The notes beneath the pieces were generated by a model that saw only the letters and a program-made list of their open reading frames with translations, was not told the origin of the DNA and did not search any database. Positions 42,690-53,211 of a DNA stretch of 64,000 bases are shown piece after piece; position 1 is the first letter of the stretch, and each line of letters opens with the position of its first letter. Position numbers and translations under genes: made by a program. The DNA comes from Alphaproteobacteria bacterium (lineage in GTDB: Bacteria; Pseudomonadota; Alphaproteobacteria; UBA7887): positions 1 through 64,000 of the forward strand of contig CBDCGL010000011.1 in the NCBI GenBank assembly GCA_965216755.1. The letters run 5' to 3'.

Positions 42690-45600
42690 ATGGCCCAAGC
42701 CAAACGCAGACTGGCGGCAATCCTGGCGGCTGACGTTTTCGGTTACTCGCGCCTTATGTCGGAAGACGAGGACGAGACGCTGTCCGCTTTAGACGCGCGC
42801 CGGGCAGTGTTCCACGCGCATGTTTCTGAACATGGCGGCCGCGTCGTCGATACGGCAGGCGACAGCGTTTTGGCAGTTTTCGAGACTGCCACCGGCGCAG
42901 TCGCGGCCGCCGACCGCATCCAAACTCAATTGACCGTGATGAACGCTAACCTGCCTGACCAACGGCAGATGGCCTTTCGGATCGGTATCAATTTGGGCGA
43001 GATCATCGAAAAGGGCGATGGCACCATCTACGGCGATGGCGTCAATGTCGCGGCGCGGCTGGAAGCCTTGGCGGATCCGGGCGGCGTGATCTTGTCAGAA
43101 GACGCCTTTCGACAAGTAGACGGCAAGGTGAAGCTATCGTTTGCCGATGCCGGCAGCCATACGGTCAAGAACATTGCCAAGCCGGTGCGCGCCTATCGGG
43201 TGGTGCCGGCCGGCACCGCCGCGGCGAAGCCGAAACGCAAAACCATCGTGCTGGCCGCCGCACTCGTTGTTCTGATCGTCGTCGCGGGCAGCGGTGCGTG
43301 GTATTGGACCCAGAGCAGGCCGATCGTCGAAGCGGATACCGCATCGGTCGAGCGCATGGCGTTTCCGCTGCCCCAGGAACCGTCGATTGCCGTACTGCCC
43401 TTCGACAATCTGTCGGGTCGGGCCGAGCATGATTTCATTGCCGACGGTTTGTCGGAGAACATCATCTCCGCGCTTAGTCAGGCGCGCGGCATGCTGGTGA
43501 TCGCCCGCAATTCCACCTTCACCTATAAGGGCCGGCCGGTGAAGGTGCAGCAGGTCGCCGAAGAACTTGGCGTGCAATATGTGCTGGAAGGCTCGGTGCA
43601 GGTCTCCGGCGACCAGATCCGCGTCACCGCACAATTGATCGACGCGCTGTCCGGCCGGCACATGCTTAGCGAACGCTACGACCGCGACCTTGATGACGTG
43701 TTCGCCGTGCAGGACGAGATCACGCTCAACATTGTTAGCGCCTTGCAGGTCGAACTCACGGAAGGCACGCAAGCGATTGATTGGCGCGGCGGCACAGACG
43801 ACGTCGAGGCGTGGCGACTATTTCAAGAAGGCCTCGTGTTGCATAGAAAGGGAACAAAGGAAAATAACGCACGATCGCGCGACCTTTTTCAACAGGCTGT
43901 TGACCGGGATCCCAATTATGCCCTGGCTTGGGTCTATCTTGGCTGGGCGGAGTGGGAAGACGCCACATCGGGTTATGTTCCGGACAAGGACGCGGCACTC
44001 GCCAGAGCGACGGCCTATGCCGAGCGTGCGGCGGAGATTGGGACCGATCTTGTCAATGTAGATGCGCTGCGCCCCTTCATCATACTCGATCGTGATGGTG
44101 ACTTTGAGGGCGCCCTGGCCCTGGCGGCACAAAACGTGGAGCGTGCGCCCAACCACGCCATTGCTATCAGCAGCTATGGCTTATTGCTGGAACTCGCCGG
44201 ACGTTCGGATGAAGCGATTGCGATGCTCAAGAAGGCGATGCGCAGCAGCCCGTATTATCCGGCCTGGTATGCCTTCGCACTGGCGGTTGCTTATGTTGAC
44301 AAAGGCCAATACGAACCCGCGTTGCCATTCGCAAAAGAGTATTTCGAGCGCCAACCAAATAGTCACAAAGGCGCGCCCCTTCCGCTATTGCTGTCGTACG
44401 CCGGCCTCGACCGGGAGCGCGATGTTCAGAGGCTTCTGGCGGAAGCGAAATCACGGGAACCGAATCTCTCACTGGAGGTCATAAAAAACGAAGTATGGGG
44501 CTATCGGATCGCGCCGAAGGTTTGGGAGAGTCGTGCGGCCCTGTTCCGCAAGGCTGGCGTGCCGGAACACTCACTGCGTCCAAAGTCGGACAAGCCATCG
44601 ATTGCGGTGCTGCCGTTCGACAATCTTTCCGGTGACCATGATCAAGAGTACTTCAGCGATGGAATCACTGAGGACCTGATCACAGACCTTTCCAAGATCC
44701 CGAGCCTATTTGTCATCGCTCGAAACTCTGCTTTTGCCTACAAGAATCAGCCGGCCGATGTACGCGAGATTGGCCGCGACCTAGGGGTGCAGTACGTATT
44801 GGAAGGCAGTGTCCGCAAAGCTGACGGCCGCGTGCGGATCAATGCTAAGTTGGTCAATGCTACCACTGGTGGGCATCTTTGGGCCGAGCGCTATGATCGC
44901 GAGTTGCGGGATATCTTCGCCATTCAAGATGAGATCAGCTGGGAAATCGCGACGGCTCTAGAGCTGACGCTAAGCGAGAGCGAGAAAGTAACCCTCGGTC
45001 AGAAAGAAACTGAGGATTTGCTGGCCTACGACGCGTTGCTGCGCGCGCGAGCATATCTCTATACCTATACCAAGGACACGAACGCCAAGGCGCGGAACAT
45101 GGCCGAGACGGCCATCAAACTAGACCCTGAATATGCCAGAGCTCACGCGTGGCTTAGCGTTATTCTGTTCGTAGCTTGGGAGTTTCAATGGGATCATGCG
45201 CACAATCTCCTGGATCGGGCTCTACAAGTAGCGCAGCGGGCCGTTGATCTCGACGAGAACCTAGCCGACGGACACATGTGGTCGGGATGGATATTACTTT
45301 GGAACGGAGAGCATGAGCGAGCAACTGCCGAACTGAGGAAGGCGATATCCTTGGAACCCAGCCTCGCAAGTGCTTATGCGTTTCTCGGTGAAACACTTAA
45401 CTATTCTGGACGACCGGGAGACGCGATCGGCCTTCTGGATGAGGCGATTCAGCTTGATCCAAAATACCCAGCAAACTTCGCGTTTAGCTTTGGTCACGCC
45501 TACTACCTACTAGGCCAGCACGATGAGGCAATTTCTGCATTCGAAGATGCACTAGCACGCGCCCCCGGCTTTCTTCCTGCGCATCGCGGATTAGCCGCGG

Positions 45601-45791
45601 TTTACGTTGAGTCGGGTCACATGGAGAAAGCTGGATCTGCGATCTCCAGAATCTTGGATATCAGTCCACAAGCCTCATTAGAACTATGGAAAGAGAGGTT
45701 GCCCTATAGGAGGCAAGACGTCTTGCACCGATTTGTAGCAGCGCTTGAAAAGGCAGGCCTGCCCGAGCGCTCTCATTCGATCACGGACTGA
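42690..45791 (+). CDS. Class III adenylate/guanylate cyclase with TM and two tandem TolB-like/TPR modules
   Basis: LAADVFGYSRL, TAGDSV, FRIGINLG, GDGVNVAARLE; PSIAVLPFDNLSG occurs twice, each followed by TPRs. Confidence 0.9.
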   Translation: MAQAKRRLAAILAADVFGYSRLMSEDEDETLSALDARRAVFHAHVSEHGGRVVDTAGDSVLAVFETATGAVAAADRIQTQLTVMNANLPDQRQMAFRIGINLGEIIEKGDGTIYGDGVNVAARLEALADPGGVILSEDAFRQVDGKVKLSFADAGSHTVKNIAKPVRAYRVVPAGTAAAKPKRKTIVLAAALVVLIVVAGSGAWYWTQSRPIVEADTASVERMAFPLPQEPSIAVLPFDNLSGRAEHDFIADGLSENIISALSQARGMLVIARNSTFTYKGRPVKVQQVAEELGVQYVLEGSVQVSGDQIRVTAQLIDALSGRHMLSERYDRDLDDVFAVQDEITLNIVSALQVELTEGTQAIDWRGGTDDVEAWRLFQEGLVLHRKGTKENNARSRDLFQQAVDRDPNYALAWVYLGWAEWEDATSGYVPDKDAALARATAYAERAAEIGTDLVNVDALRPFIILDRDGDFEGALALAAQNVERAPNHAIAISSYGLLLELAGRSDEAIAMLKKAMRSSPYYPAWYAFALAVAYVDKGQYEPALPFAKEYFERQPNSHKGAPLPLLLSYAGLDRERDVQRLLAEAKSREPNLSLEVIKNEVWGYRIAPKVWESRAALFRKAGVPEHSLRPKSDKPSIAVLPFDNLSGDHDQEYFSDGITEDLITDLSKIPSLFVIARNSAFAYKNQPADVREIGRDLGVQYVLEGSVRKADGRVRINAKLVNATTGGHLWAERYDRELRDIFAIQDEISWEIATALELTLSESEKVTLGQKETEDLLAYDALLRARAYLYTYTKDTNAKARNMAETAIKLDPEYARAHAWLSVILFVAWEFQWDHAHNLLDRALQVAQRAVDLDENLADGHMWSGWILLWNGEHERATAELRKAISLEPSLASAYAFLGETLNYSGRPGDAIGLLDEAIQLDPKYPANFAFSFGHAYYLLGQHDEAISAFEDALARAPGFLPAHRGLAAVYVESGHMEKAGSAISRILDISPQASLELWKERLPYRRQDVLHRFVAALEKAGLPERSHSITD

Positions 45792-46218
45792 ACGAGAAAC
45801 GAACAACGGGAAGAAACAATTCATGTCTGGGCCCTTGACTGACGTCTATTAGGGTTCGAAGCCGGGATTTGATGCCGTTCAGTAGGCGCACACAACGTCA
45901 TCGCAACGAGTCAAAATGTAACGTCATTTCGTTGGCCGCGTATGTCGCCTGTTGGCTACTTTGGCACCTGCTACTGGTGTGGCAGACGCAACTGCTATGC
46001 CCCCATCAACGGACTTAAGTCGTTGAAATATCTCTTAAAGATCTGACTCCGGACTCAAATCCCAGATGGTCCACAGGCGTGAAGTTGACCCGTTCCGGAC
46101 TCTACAATCCCACGGTGTTGCCAACATTGCTTGAGGGCTTTGATCTGTGCCAATAGGCTTCACGCTGGCGTTCCAAACAAAGAATTTTTGGGGAAGCGTC
46201 TTGTGACGAGGAGGTCCA

Positions 46219-46653
46219 ATGACCCGAGTGGAGTTAGCAGAACTCGTACGGGAGTTCACTGATGCGTTCAATCGGGAGGATTTGGACGGCGTCATCGACT
46301 ATATGGGGGACGACGCGGTCTATGACGAATTTAACGGCCATCGGGCGGAGGGCGCAGCCGCAATCCGCAAGGCGTTCGAGCCGCAGTTCGCCGGCAAGTT
46401 CGGAACCATTCGCTTCCGCCAAGAAGACCTGATCGTCGACGTAGAGGCGAGGTCCGCGATGATCTCATGGACCTATACACTTGAAACGACTGAGCGCTTC
46501 GGCGGATGGCGCGGACTCGACCTTCTTTTCTTCAACGAAGCGGGCAAAATCGTCCGCAAAGAAACCTACGCCAAGACCGAGAAACCGGCGATGCGGCGTC
46601 TTGATCGCTGGTGCGAAATAGACAATTCGGACTGCACCGCTTCGGAGCGCTGA
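46219..46653 (+). CDS. SnoaL/NTF2-like protein
   Basis: GAGGAGG RBS; FTDAFNREDLD...DDAVYD...G..AIR. Confidence 0.85.
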   Translation: MTRVELAELVREFTDAFNREDLDGVIDYMGDDAVYDEFNGHRAEGAAAIRKAFEPQFAGKFGTIRFRQEDLIVDVEARSAMISWTYTLETTERFGGWRGLDLLFFNEAGKIVRKETYAKTEKPAMRRLDRWCEIDNSDCTASER

Positions 46654-46830
46654 CATTTCGCTGGCGAAGGCCGCTCTCGGAGGCAATCCGGACCCGCTCT
46701 ACCGTGGCTCGTAAAGCTCCCTCATGCCCCGTAACCGAAGTCGGTGCTAACGGGTCAGTGATCTATTCTCAAATATTGCGCGGTCAAGATCGCGAAAGCG
46801 GAGCAAGGAAACGCATGAGACGCGCCATCG

Positions 46831-48024
46831 TCACGGGGTCGGCGACGGACGAGCCAGCGGCGTCGCCGGCATCGCGCAAACGGCTTGTGGCGCGCTAAGG
46901 TCGAAAGTGAAGATGTGCGGCGGTGTGCCGCGAAAGCCTTCCGCGCCTAGTCTCTCGCGAAAAATATGGGCGTCCTCGTATGTGACCGGGCCGATCGTTT
47001 CCGGAAGGTCGTAATAGCCCGTGATCAGCGATGAATACACGCAACCGGTCATGCAGTCCGGCCACGGATTCATTATTTGCGTCATACGTGTGAGCAACAT
47101 GTCGAATTCGGGGTTTGAAAGCGTCGGCGCGTGCGTGTGAATTAGCGTGAAGTCGTGCGGACCCCGCAATCCTCCGGCAATTGTCAGCATGACATCGGAA
47201 TCGGTCGACACGCGCTCGGCCGCGATCTCACTGTCGAATCCGAACGGAAAAGAATCGTCGACCACCAGTGTTCCCGAGCGAAGTTTAGCCACATCCACCA
47301 CGAGCGGTGTCGAGGTGGCGGACAGGATCAACGTCGCGGCGTCATAGAGGCGATCCGGCAATCCTTCGTCGCGGTCGATGACTACCACCTCGACGTTACC
47401 GTCGATGTGGGAAGCGTGGACCGCAAGTTGGGCCTTCTTCGCATGGACATCGACGAGGTAACACTTTTTTGGCGCGCCGTAGCGCGTCAGCAGGCGGAGA
47501 ATGCCCGAGCCGATCGATCCGATCCCAACGAACACCACGGTCTCGTCGCCAAACGCGCGGCCGCAAGTTCCCAACATGGTTTCGACGTTAAACGCGAAGG
47601 CTGCGACCACCGCCGCATGGCCCGTGGTCAGGCGCGGTGGCGGGCCTCCACTGTCGGCTATGCGGCGCGCGGCCATTGCCGCGACGATATCGCGGCCAAA
47701 TCCGGTTGCGGCCGGAATCATTCCGGTAAACGAGACACATTTCGCACCCAACTTTGTTGCGAGGTCGACCCCTTTCAGCGCCGCCGCGACGGTTTGGTCG
47801 CGATCCTCGAACAACATCATGTCCACCTTTGGGATGAGAACTGTGCCGACCCGCCCATATGCACATTGCCAGACATGCGACAACAGGGCCTCGCCGCCGA
47901 GCACCTCTGCCGACAAATCGCGCGCCGATTCCATTTCCCGAGAGTGCCGATCGAATGTCGGCCGCTCAGCAGGAAACGCGATCAGCGAGGCGGTGTCAAT
48001 TCGCGGCACCGAGTTGTCCGTCAT
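46831..48024 (-). CDS. COG5322-like NAD(P)-dependent reductase (acyl-ACP reductase / amino-acid dehydrogenase-like)
   Basis: VSFTGMIPAAT, LTTGH, Rossmann FVGIGSIG, LVVDDSFP, MTGC. Confidence 0.6.
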   Translation of the reverse strand: MTDNSVPRIDTASLIAFPAERPTFDRHSREMESARDLSAEVLGGEALLSHVWQCAYGRVGTVLIPKVDMMLFEDRDQTVAAALKGVDLATKLGAKCVSFTGMIPAATGFGRDIVAAMAARRIADSGGPPPRLTTGHAAVVAAFAFNVETMLGTCGRAFGDETVVFVGIGSIGSGILRLLTRYGAPKKCYLVDVHAKKAQLAVHASHIDGNVEVVVIDRDEGLPDRLYDAATLILSATSTPLVVDVAKLRSGTLVVDDSFPFGFDSEIAAERVSTDSDVMLTIAGGLRGPHDFTLIHTHAPTLSNPEFDMLLTRMTQIMNPWPDCMTGCVYSSLITGYYDLPETIGPVTYEDAHIFRERLGAEGFRGTPPHIFTFDLSAPQAVCAMPATPLARPSPTP

Positions 48025-48514
48025 CGTCTTCTTGCCCCTCTATAACCAATGCCTCGTCGGGCACCGTCTTTCGACACGCCGAACGAGCGGCGTTGGGTCA
48101 CAGCTGGCGATCGCTACAGCACCATAGATGATCCCCCGGGGCGCCACCATTGAGACGCCCGATTACGGTATCCTTAATCGCGCTGGCGGTGTTGCCGAAA
48201 AAGACATCAATCCCACCGTCATCGACGATCTGTTTGCTACACCTCAGCAAGCCGACATTCCCGAGTATCCGCCACGCGTCGAGCCGTCAGCGGTTTAGCG
48301 ATATTCGGTCTTGCATAGCCCAACGACATAGCCCAAAACGTTGGTACCGGCCATACCGCGAAGTCACCAAGCGATTGCGATGATCGCAAGTTTTGGGCGA
48401 TAAGCCGACATATCGGCCGATTCGACTATGCTAGCCCCGACTCCCGACGCAGTGTCGTAGCCTACATGGGGCATTGTGACCCAAACCAATGCTCGGCCGG
48501 TCAGCCCAATCGAC

Positions 48515-48700
48515 CTACTTCAACTCCGTCAGCAGGGCCTTTGCTTCTTTGAGGGCGGCAGTGTCGAAACCTTCCGTAAACCAGTTGTACACCGGAGCGA
48601 GATGGTCGTAGGCCTCCCACGCTTTGCCATGCGATCACCAAGCAAGCGGCGGGATGTGGCCGAGTGAAGTTCCCAAGATTTGGCTCGCTGCTGCGCCGTA
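48515..48700 (-). pseudogene. C-terminal remnant of an adenylate cyclase/AAA-ATPase-TPR protein
   Basis: Manual translation: AKSWEL (frameshift) [40 protein letters not shown]. Confidence 0.78.
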
Positions 48701-48743
48701 ATTGTTAGCCCTTATCCCATCGGATGAGTGCGGCGTTGCAGCT

Positions 48744-48986
48744 CTAACGCAAATCTTCGAGGTTCCGCACACGCGGATCAGGTGTCATGGAACACCGCCA
48801 AGTTACAAACCGGAAGACTTGGCGCCATGCCGCCGCCCTGTGGAGATCACCGGTTTTTGCCGCACACTCTGCCCATCGCTTGGCAACCAAAGGAGCGTCT
48901 CGACCATGTGTCTTGACCAACTTTGTTGCGGTGCGAACAACATCAATTCTCAGATCGTTCTCCCGCGGGCTAAGGGCAGCAATCAT
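48744..48986 (-). CDS. Small hypothetical protein
   Basis: 80-aa helical ORF (TATKLVKTHGRDA...GDLHRAAAWRQV); no firm family. Confidence 0.4.
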   Translation of the reverse strand: MIAALSPRENDLRIDVVRTATKLVKTHGRDAPLVAKRWAECAAKTGDLHRAAAWRQVFRFVTWRCSMTPDPRVRNLEDLR

Positions 48987-49219
48987 GCGCTATTCTCACT
49001 TTGCTGTAATGCAGCAAGAGAGGACAATGACAGATGTATGACGGGGATATTTGTGAACGGGTTCACTTTTGCAATTTGTGCCAACAACGGCCGCCTCACC
49101 GACGATGTAGTGAGGTGTCAGATGCCCCGCGGGCCGGCCAGATTTTTTGGCGACCACGGAACACAATGATCGCCTGCCTGTAATAACGAGCTATGCACGA
49201 ATCTTGGTGACGGGGGATG

Positions 49220-49704
49220 ATCAGGCGGCGCATGTTCCAAGCGGTTCACCGTGCTCTTGCCCGCCAGCGGCGCCAAACCAGGACGCGCCGCTTCGAGCTT
49301 GCCCAGAACCGCGCCAAGAACCGGATCGTAGCGAAGCTCGTCGTGATCGATCACATCTTCATCGCCGAGCGCAATACCAAACACCCGTTGCCCAAGCAGC
49401 GTTCGGACATCGTGCACAACCCGTTCCGCGATACGACTATCTACGAAGCAATGGGCAAACCGATCGACCAGTCCAATCGCTTGATCGGTCGCGCCAAGCA
49501 ACAGAGAACCGGCATCAGAGGTGATGGCGCCACCATCGAAATCCGCGACCACACGGCGTCCATCAACGCGTGTAAAAACCATCGACTTCGGGGTACACTC
49601 TGTCGGCATTAGGGCGTTCCTCTGAGTTGGTTTAAGCCTTTCTTCCAAAAGAACTTTTCCATACTCAGTGCACCCATGCACTCATTTCTCGTGACATATC
49701 CGGG
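49220..49704 (-). mobile_element. Truncated IS1380-family element (left end plus the first ~130 aa of the transposase, ATG at 49609)
   Basis: VVADFDGGAITSDAG, LLGQRVFGIALG.ED..DHDELRYDP, LAGKSTVNRLE; end sequence CCCGGATATGTCAC. Confidence 0.87.
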
Positions 49705-49923
49705 TTAACCCACGGACGCAACGGCCCCATAAGATCACGCCGCTCGATGGCCAAGGCGGTCACATCGGCGTGTTTGATCTCCGGCCTCTGGGGATATGTG
49801 CAGCCGAACGCCTCGGCCACAGCGCGCTCAATCGGGTCGATTGTGGAACGTAGCTCCGGGCAGATCCGCTTGATCTGTGTCGTGATGTTACCGGTGTGAC
49901 GGTTACTACGCGTTTATTAGGTA

Positions 49924-50355
49924 AGACTTCGAATCTGAGGGTCGGGAGTTCGAATCTCTCCGGGCGCGCCAAGCGCGCAAATAACCGTTGTGTGTGACGA
50001 CTGAACTACAAGTAACCGTCGCTGTAAGTCACTTCGCCAAATCGGTTGCTTGCAACGGTTGTGGCTTCAAGTGGGCCACGTCTCTTCAAGCCCAGGGGGC
50101 GTTGCGGCGGTTCTCCAGCTCTACATTGTGGATAAAGTCCGGCCCCATTTGGCGCAAGTCAGTCAAGCCTGACTGTGCCATGACGACGTCAATTTCATCA
50201 TGAAGGATTTCAATGGCGTGGGCTACGCCATCGGTTCCACCCGCGACGGCTCCATACAATGCCGGCCGGCCAACAAAAACGAACTCAGCACCAAGGCATA
50301 GCGCGATCAGCACATCCGAGCCGCGACGAATGCCACTGTCGAACATGACCGTCAT
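49924..50355 (+). repeat. Right direct repeat (attR-like), including the tRNA-Arg 3' part (49924-49971)
   Basis: agacttcgaatctgagggtcgggagttcgaatctctccgggcgcgcca plus downstream sequence matching 16151-16583. Confidence 0.95.
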
Positions 50356-51264
50356 ACGCTCGCCAACCGCAGCTTTGATGGCTGGTAAAACTTCAAGCGG
50401 CGACGGTGCGCGGTCAAGTTGACGGGCGCCATGATTCGAGACAACGATCCCGTCAACGCCGAGCTCACTTGCCCGGATCGCGTCGCCCTTGTGCAGTATG
50501 CCCTTCAATACAAATGACCCCGGCCACAGTCTGCGAAAAGCTTCAACATCTTTCCACGTCATCGGTGCGGGAGACTGTTGTGAGATAAGGATCGCCGCCT
50601 GTTCGGCAGTTGCCCCATTGCCAGCATAGGGTGCCCAGTTCGAAAATGTCGGCATCCCGTTTCTTAGATAGCTCATCAGCCAGCGCGGGTGACGCAGCGC
50701 CTCGATCCGGGTCGACCAAGGTATGCGCAAGGGCCGTGAAAATCCGTTGCGTCTGTTGCGCTCGCGTTTCGGATGAACGGGTGCGTCCACAGTCAGAACA
50801 AGCGTTGACAGACCAGCGTCTCGGGCCCGCCTGATCATATCTTCGGAGATCGAGCGATCATGCGCGCCGTAAAGTTGATACCAACCATGGTCAGGGGCAA
50901 TTTTCCCGAGATCTTCAATTGACCCCGTGCCCGCGCCCGACATGACAAACGGCACATTTGCATCCTTGGCGGCTTGGGCAAGCATCAGGTCCGCGCCCGG
51001 CCGGAATAGGCCGGCAAGCCCAGTCGGCGCAATTCCAAATGGCGCGGCGTAATTGTGCCCAAACAAGCGCGTCTGCTGATTGCGGTGAGAAACGTCGACG
51101 AGATAACGGGGAATCAGGCGGTGCCGGCGAAACGCCGCCTGGTTGTGATTCAGACCTTCCTCGTCGTCAACGCCGCCCTCGATGTAGTCAAAAGCGATTT
51201 TCGGCAAATAGCGCTTGGCCATGTGCCGCAAATCTTCGAGATTGATTGCGTCACGTACATTCAT
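50086..51264 (-). CDS. FMN-dependent alpha-hydroxy-acid oxidase/dehydrogenase (LldD/MdlB-like)
   Basis: FDYIEGG, WYQLY, LTVD, VLKGI, SNHGARQLD, DSGIRRG. Confidence 0.93.
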   Translation of the reverse strand: MNVRDAINLEDLRHMAKRYLPKIAFDYIEGGVDDEEGLNHNQAAFRRHRLIPRYLVDVSHRNQQTRLFGHNYAAPFGIAPTGLAGLFRPGADLMLAQAAKDANVPFVMSGAGTGSIEDLGKIAPDHGWYQLYGAHDRSISEDMIRRARDAGLSTLVLTVDAPVHPKRERNRRNGFSRPLRIPWSTRIEALRHPRWLMSYLRNGMPTFSNWAPYAGNGATAEQAAILISQQSPAPMTWKDVEAFRRLWPGSFVLKGILHKGDAIRASELGVDGIVVSNHGARQLDRAPSPLEVLPAIKAAVGERMTVMFDSGIRRGSDVLIALCLGAEFVFVGRPALYGAVAGGTDGVAHAIEILHDEIDVVMAQSGLTDLRQMGPDFIHNVELENRRNAPWA

Positions 51265-51415
51265 GTTCTATCGATTTGCTACAGATTTCGCGCGATTCCT
51301 CAGAAACGAATGCGCGCGAAATAGCGCATGCCGCGAATCGTGGTTGCGGTTTTTTGGTATGTCACAATTGCATCAGGCAGCTGGGCCGGCCCGGAGCAGT
51401 ATCGCGACACATGGG

Positions 51416-52315
51416 TTAATGAGCGGACTTGGCTGCCGTTTCCCCGGCTTGCGCCGCGAAGATTGACGTATATCCACCGGACCAATCGGGCGGGATCAAA
51501 CAAGGCCGCGGGTCGTGATGCGCCCATCGCGCCGGTCGGCCGCGCACGACATGACGATAGTGATTGGTCTGCGCTGGATTGTGTGTATACGCAAAGGCAT
51601 CGGCCGCCGCATAGGAATTGAGAAGAAGCGGTCGTCCATCCGCAACTGCGCTCGGCGGTGATCCATGTACCGTGCGGCAATTGTGGACGGTAATGGAGCC
51701 GGCGGGCCCGGTGAGGTATTTCACTTTCGATAGATCTAGTGCCCGGCTATCTGTTTCGCTCAAGCTGCCAGTCCACTCACCATGATCATCATATTGGTCA
51801 TAGAGTGGCCCGTCTTGACTGCCGGGGATAACCGCCACCGGCCCGTCTTTCTCGTCGGCGTCGTACAGATAGGTGCCTACAGTGAGTGGGCTATAATTTG
51901 TATGCGGGTAAAATTGAATATCTTGATGCCAGCGTACTTCGTCACCGCCATCGTGCCATTTGAAGTTCAATTTGGAGTGGTGGAAGATAACATTCGGACC
52001 GACCAGATCGGCAACCACATCTGCGATTGTATCGTTGACGAATGACCAATAAAGTTCGTGCCGCGCATCCGGTTCCTTCAAGCGCCGTACCATCGGATGA
52101 GCAGCACTGTGCCCTGGCGCCAGATCATAGACATCATTCGACGCCGTGATGTTTCTACTCTTTTCGACAAATTCGGTCGTAACAGCGCACAACCGTTCGA
52201 TCCAATCAGCAGATATCAGCTTGGGGATCACAATGTATCCCTCAGTAAAATAATGCTCCCGCTGCGCTTGACTGAGCACGCGGGGTAGGTGGGACAAAAC
52301 TTCTTCAGGCGTCAT
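51416..52315 (-). CDS. Phytanoyl-CoA dioxygenase (PhyH) family protein
   Basis: HHSKLNFK, WHQD, HNCRTVHGS. Confidence 0.88.
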   Translation of the reverse strand: MTPEEVLSHLPRVLSQAQREHYFTEGYIVIPKLISADWIERLCAVTTEFVEKSRNITASNDVYDLAPGHSAAHPMVRRLKEPDARHELYWSFVNDTIADVVADLVGPNVIFHHSKLNFKWHDGGDEVRWHQDIQFYPHTNYSPLTVGTYLYDADEKDGPVAVIPGSQDGPLYDQYDDHGEWTGSLSETDSRALDLSKVKYLTGPAGSITVHNCRTVHGSPPSAVADGRPLLLNSYAAADAFAYTHNPAQTNHYRHVVRGRPARWAHHDPRPCLIPPDWSGGYTSIFAAQAGETAAKSAH

Positions 52316-52443
52316 TACATTCTTCCAAACATTTCTCGACCGTACGCGGATCTTCCGAGACGATACCAGAACGTCATTTTTCGCCAAGGCACGATGTTGT
52401 CAATGCTATCATGCCAAACGTGCCAAGGCCATATTGGGCGTTT

Positions 52444-53211
52444 CTATCGCAAGTTGAACCCTGTGCCGCAGATCGTCACGTTGCGATTCGAGAATGGCAG
52501 CCGCAGCGCGGCCGCGGTCTTGATGACCTCCGCGCGTTTCTGCGTGGTCAGGTCGACGGAACGGATGCCTGGGCCGCGACTATCGGAAATCGGGGCAAAT
52601 CGAATTGTGGCGTCGTTCAAAAGTATCGCATACATCTGATCGTGAACATGTTCGACGTTTTCGTTCAAGATTTCGCCCCATTGCGTCGACATCGCCGCGG
52701 GGTTGTCGGCGGCGATCTCAACGCCAACAATTGCGGTGACTCGGTCGGTTGCAACATTCTTGCGCCAGGTCGGCCCCGCGGGCGGCCAATCGCACATGTG
52801 ATCGTCAATTTCGATGACGCCCGGCTTCGACTCAACAGACAGGAGCACGCCGCCAATGTCGCTTGGATGAAATTGGCCGGCAACATGATCCGGCCTGTCG
52901 GTCGTCCAGATCACTCTTATGCCGAGATCCGCAATTCTTTCACGTTCGCGCGCGGCGTCGTCGGTTTGGAGTATCACCATATATCCACTGTCGCCGCCGC
53001 GCCGTTCCAAATAGCGGCCGGCTGCCGTATCTTCCTGATCGGGTGCGACGATCTCCAAGAATTCGCCGCCGACGGGCGCGACGATATTCACAAGTCCGAA
53101 AACAGCAACATTCGGATCGCGATATGCGACCTCAATGCCAAGCGTTTGCGTCAATGCTCTCGTCTGCGCTCGGATGTCGCTGGCGACCAACGCAATTTGT
53201 CTCAATCTCAT
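52444..53211 (-). CDS. VOC/glyoxalase-like protein
   Basis: MRLRQIALVA, FLEIVAP, TAAGRYLERRGGDSGYMVILQ. Confidence 0.8.
   Translation of the reverse strand: MRLRQIALVASDIRAQTRALTQTLGIEVAYRDPNVAVFGLVNIVAPVGGEFLEIVAPDQEDTAAGRYLERRGGDSGYMVILQTDDAARERERIADLGIRVIWTTDRPDHVAGQFHPSDIGGVLLSVESKPGVIEIDDHMCDWPPAGPTWRKNVATDRVTAIVGVEIAADNPAAMSTQWGEILNENVEHVHDQMYAILLNDATIRFAPISDSRGPGIRSVDLTTQKRAEVIKTAAALRLPFSNRNVTICGTGFNLR

Larger units (their letters stand above)
16151..50355. mobile_element. ~34-kb genomic island integrated at tRNA-Arg
   Basis: Direct repeats 16151-16583 and 49924-50355 that begin in the anticodon arm; accessory cargo and gene remnants between them. Confidence 0.88.

Noticed and set aside
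45820-48430. Short ATGTC.../...GCCGACAT-like motifs between the cyclase, SnoaL and reductase genes, suggestive of cassette recombination sites
   Set aside because: The copies are too degenerate to align by eye, and no integron integrase or clear attC structure is present.
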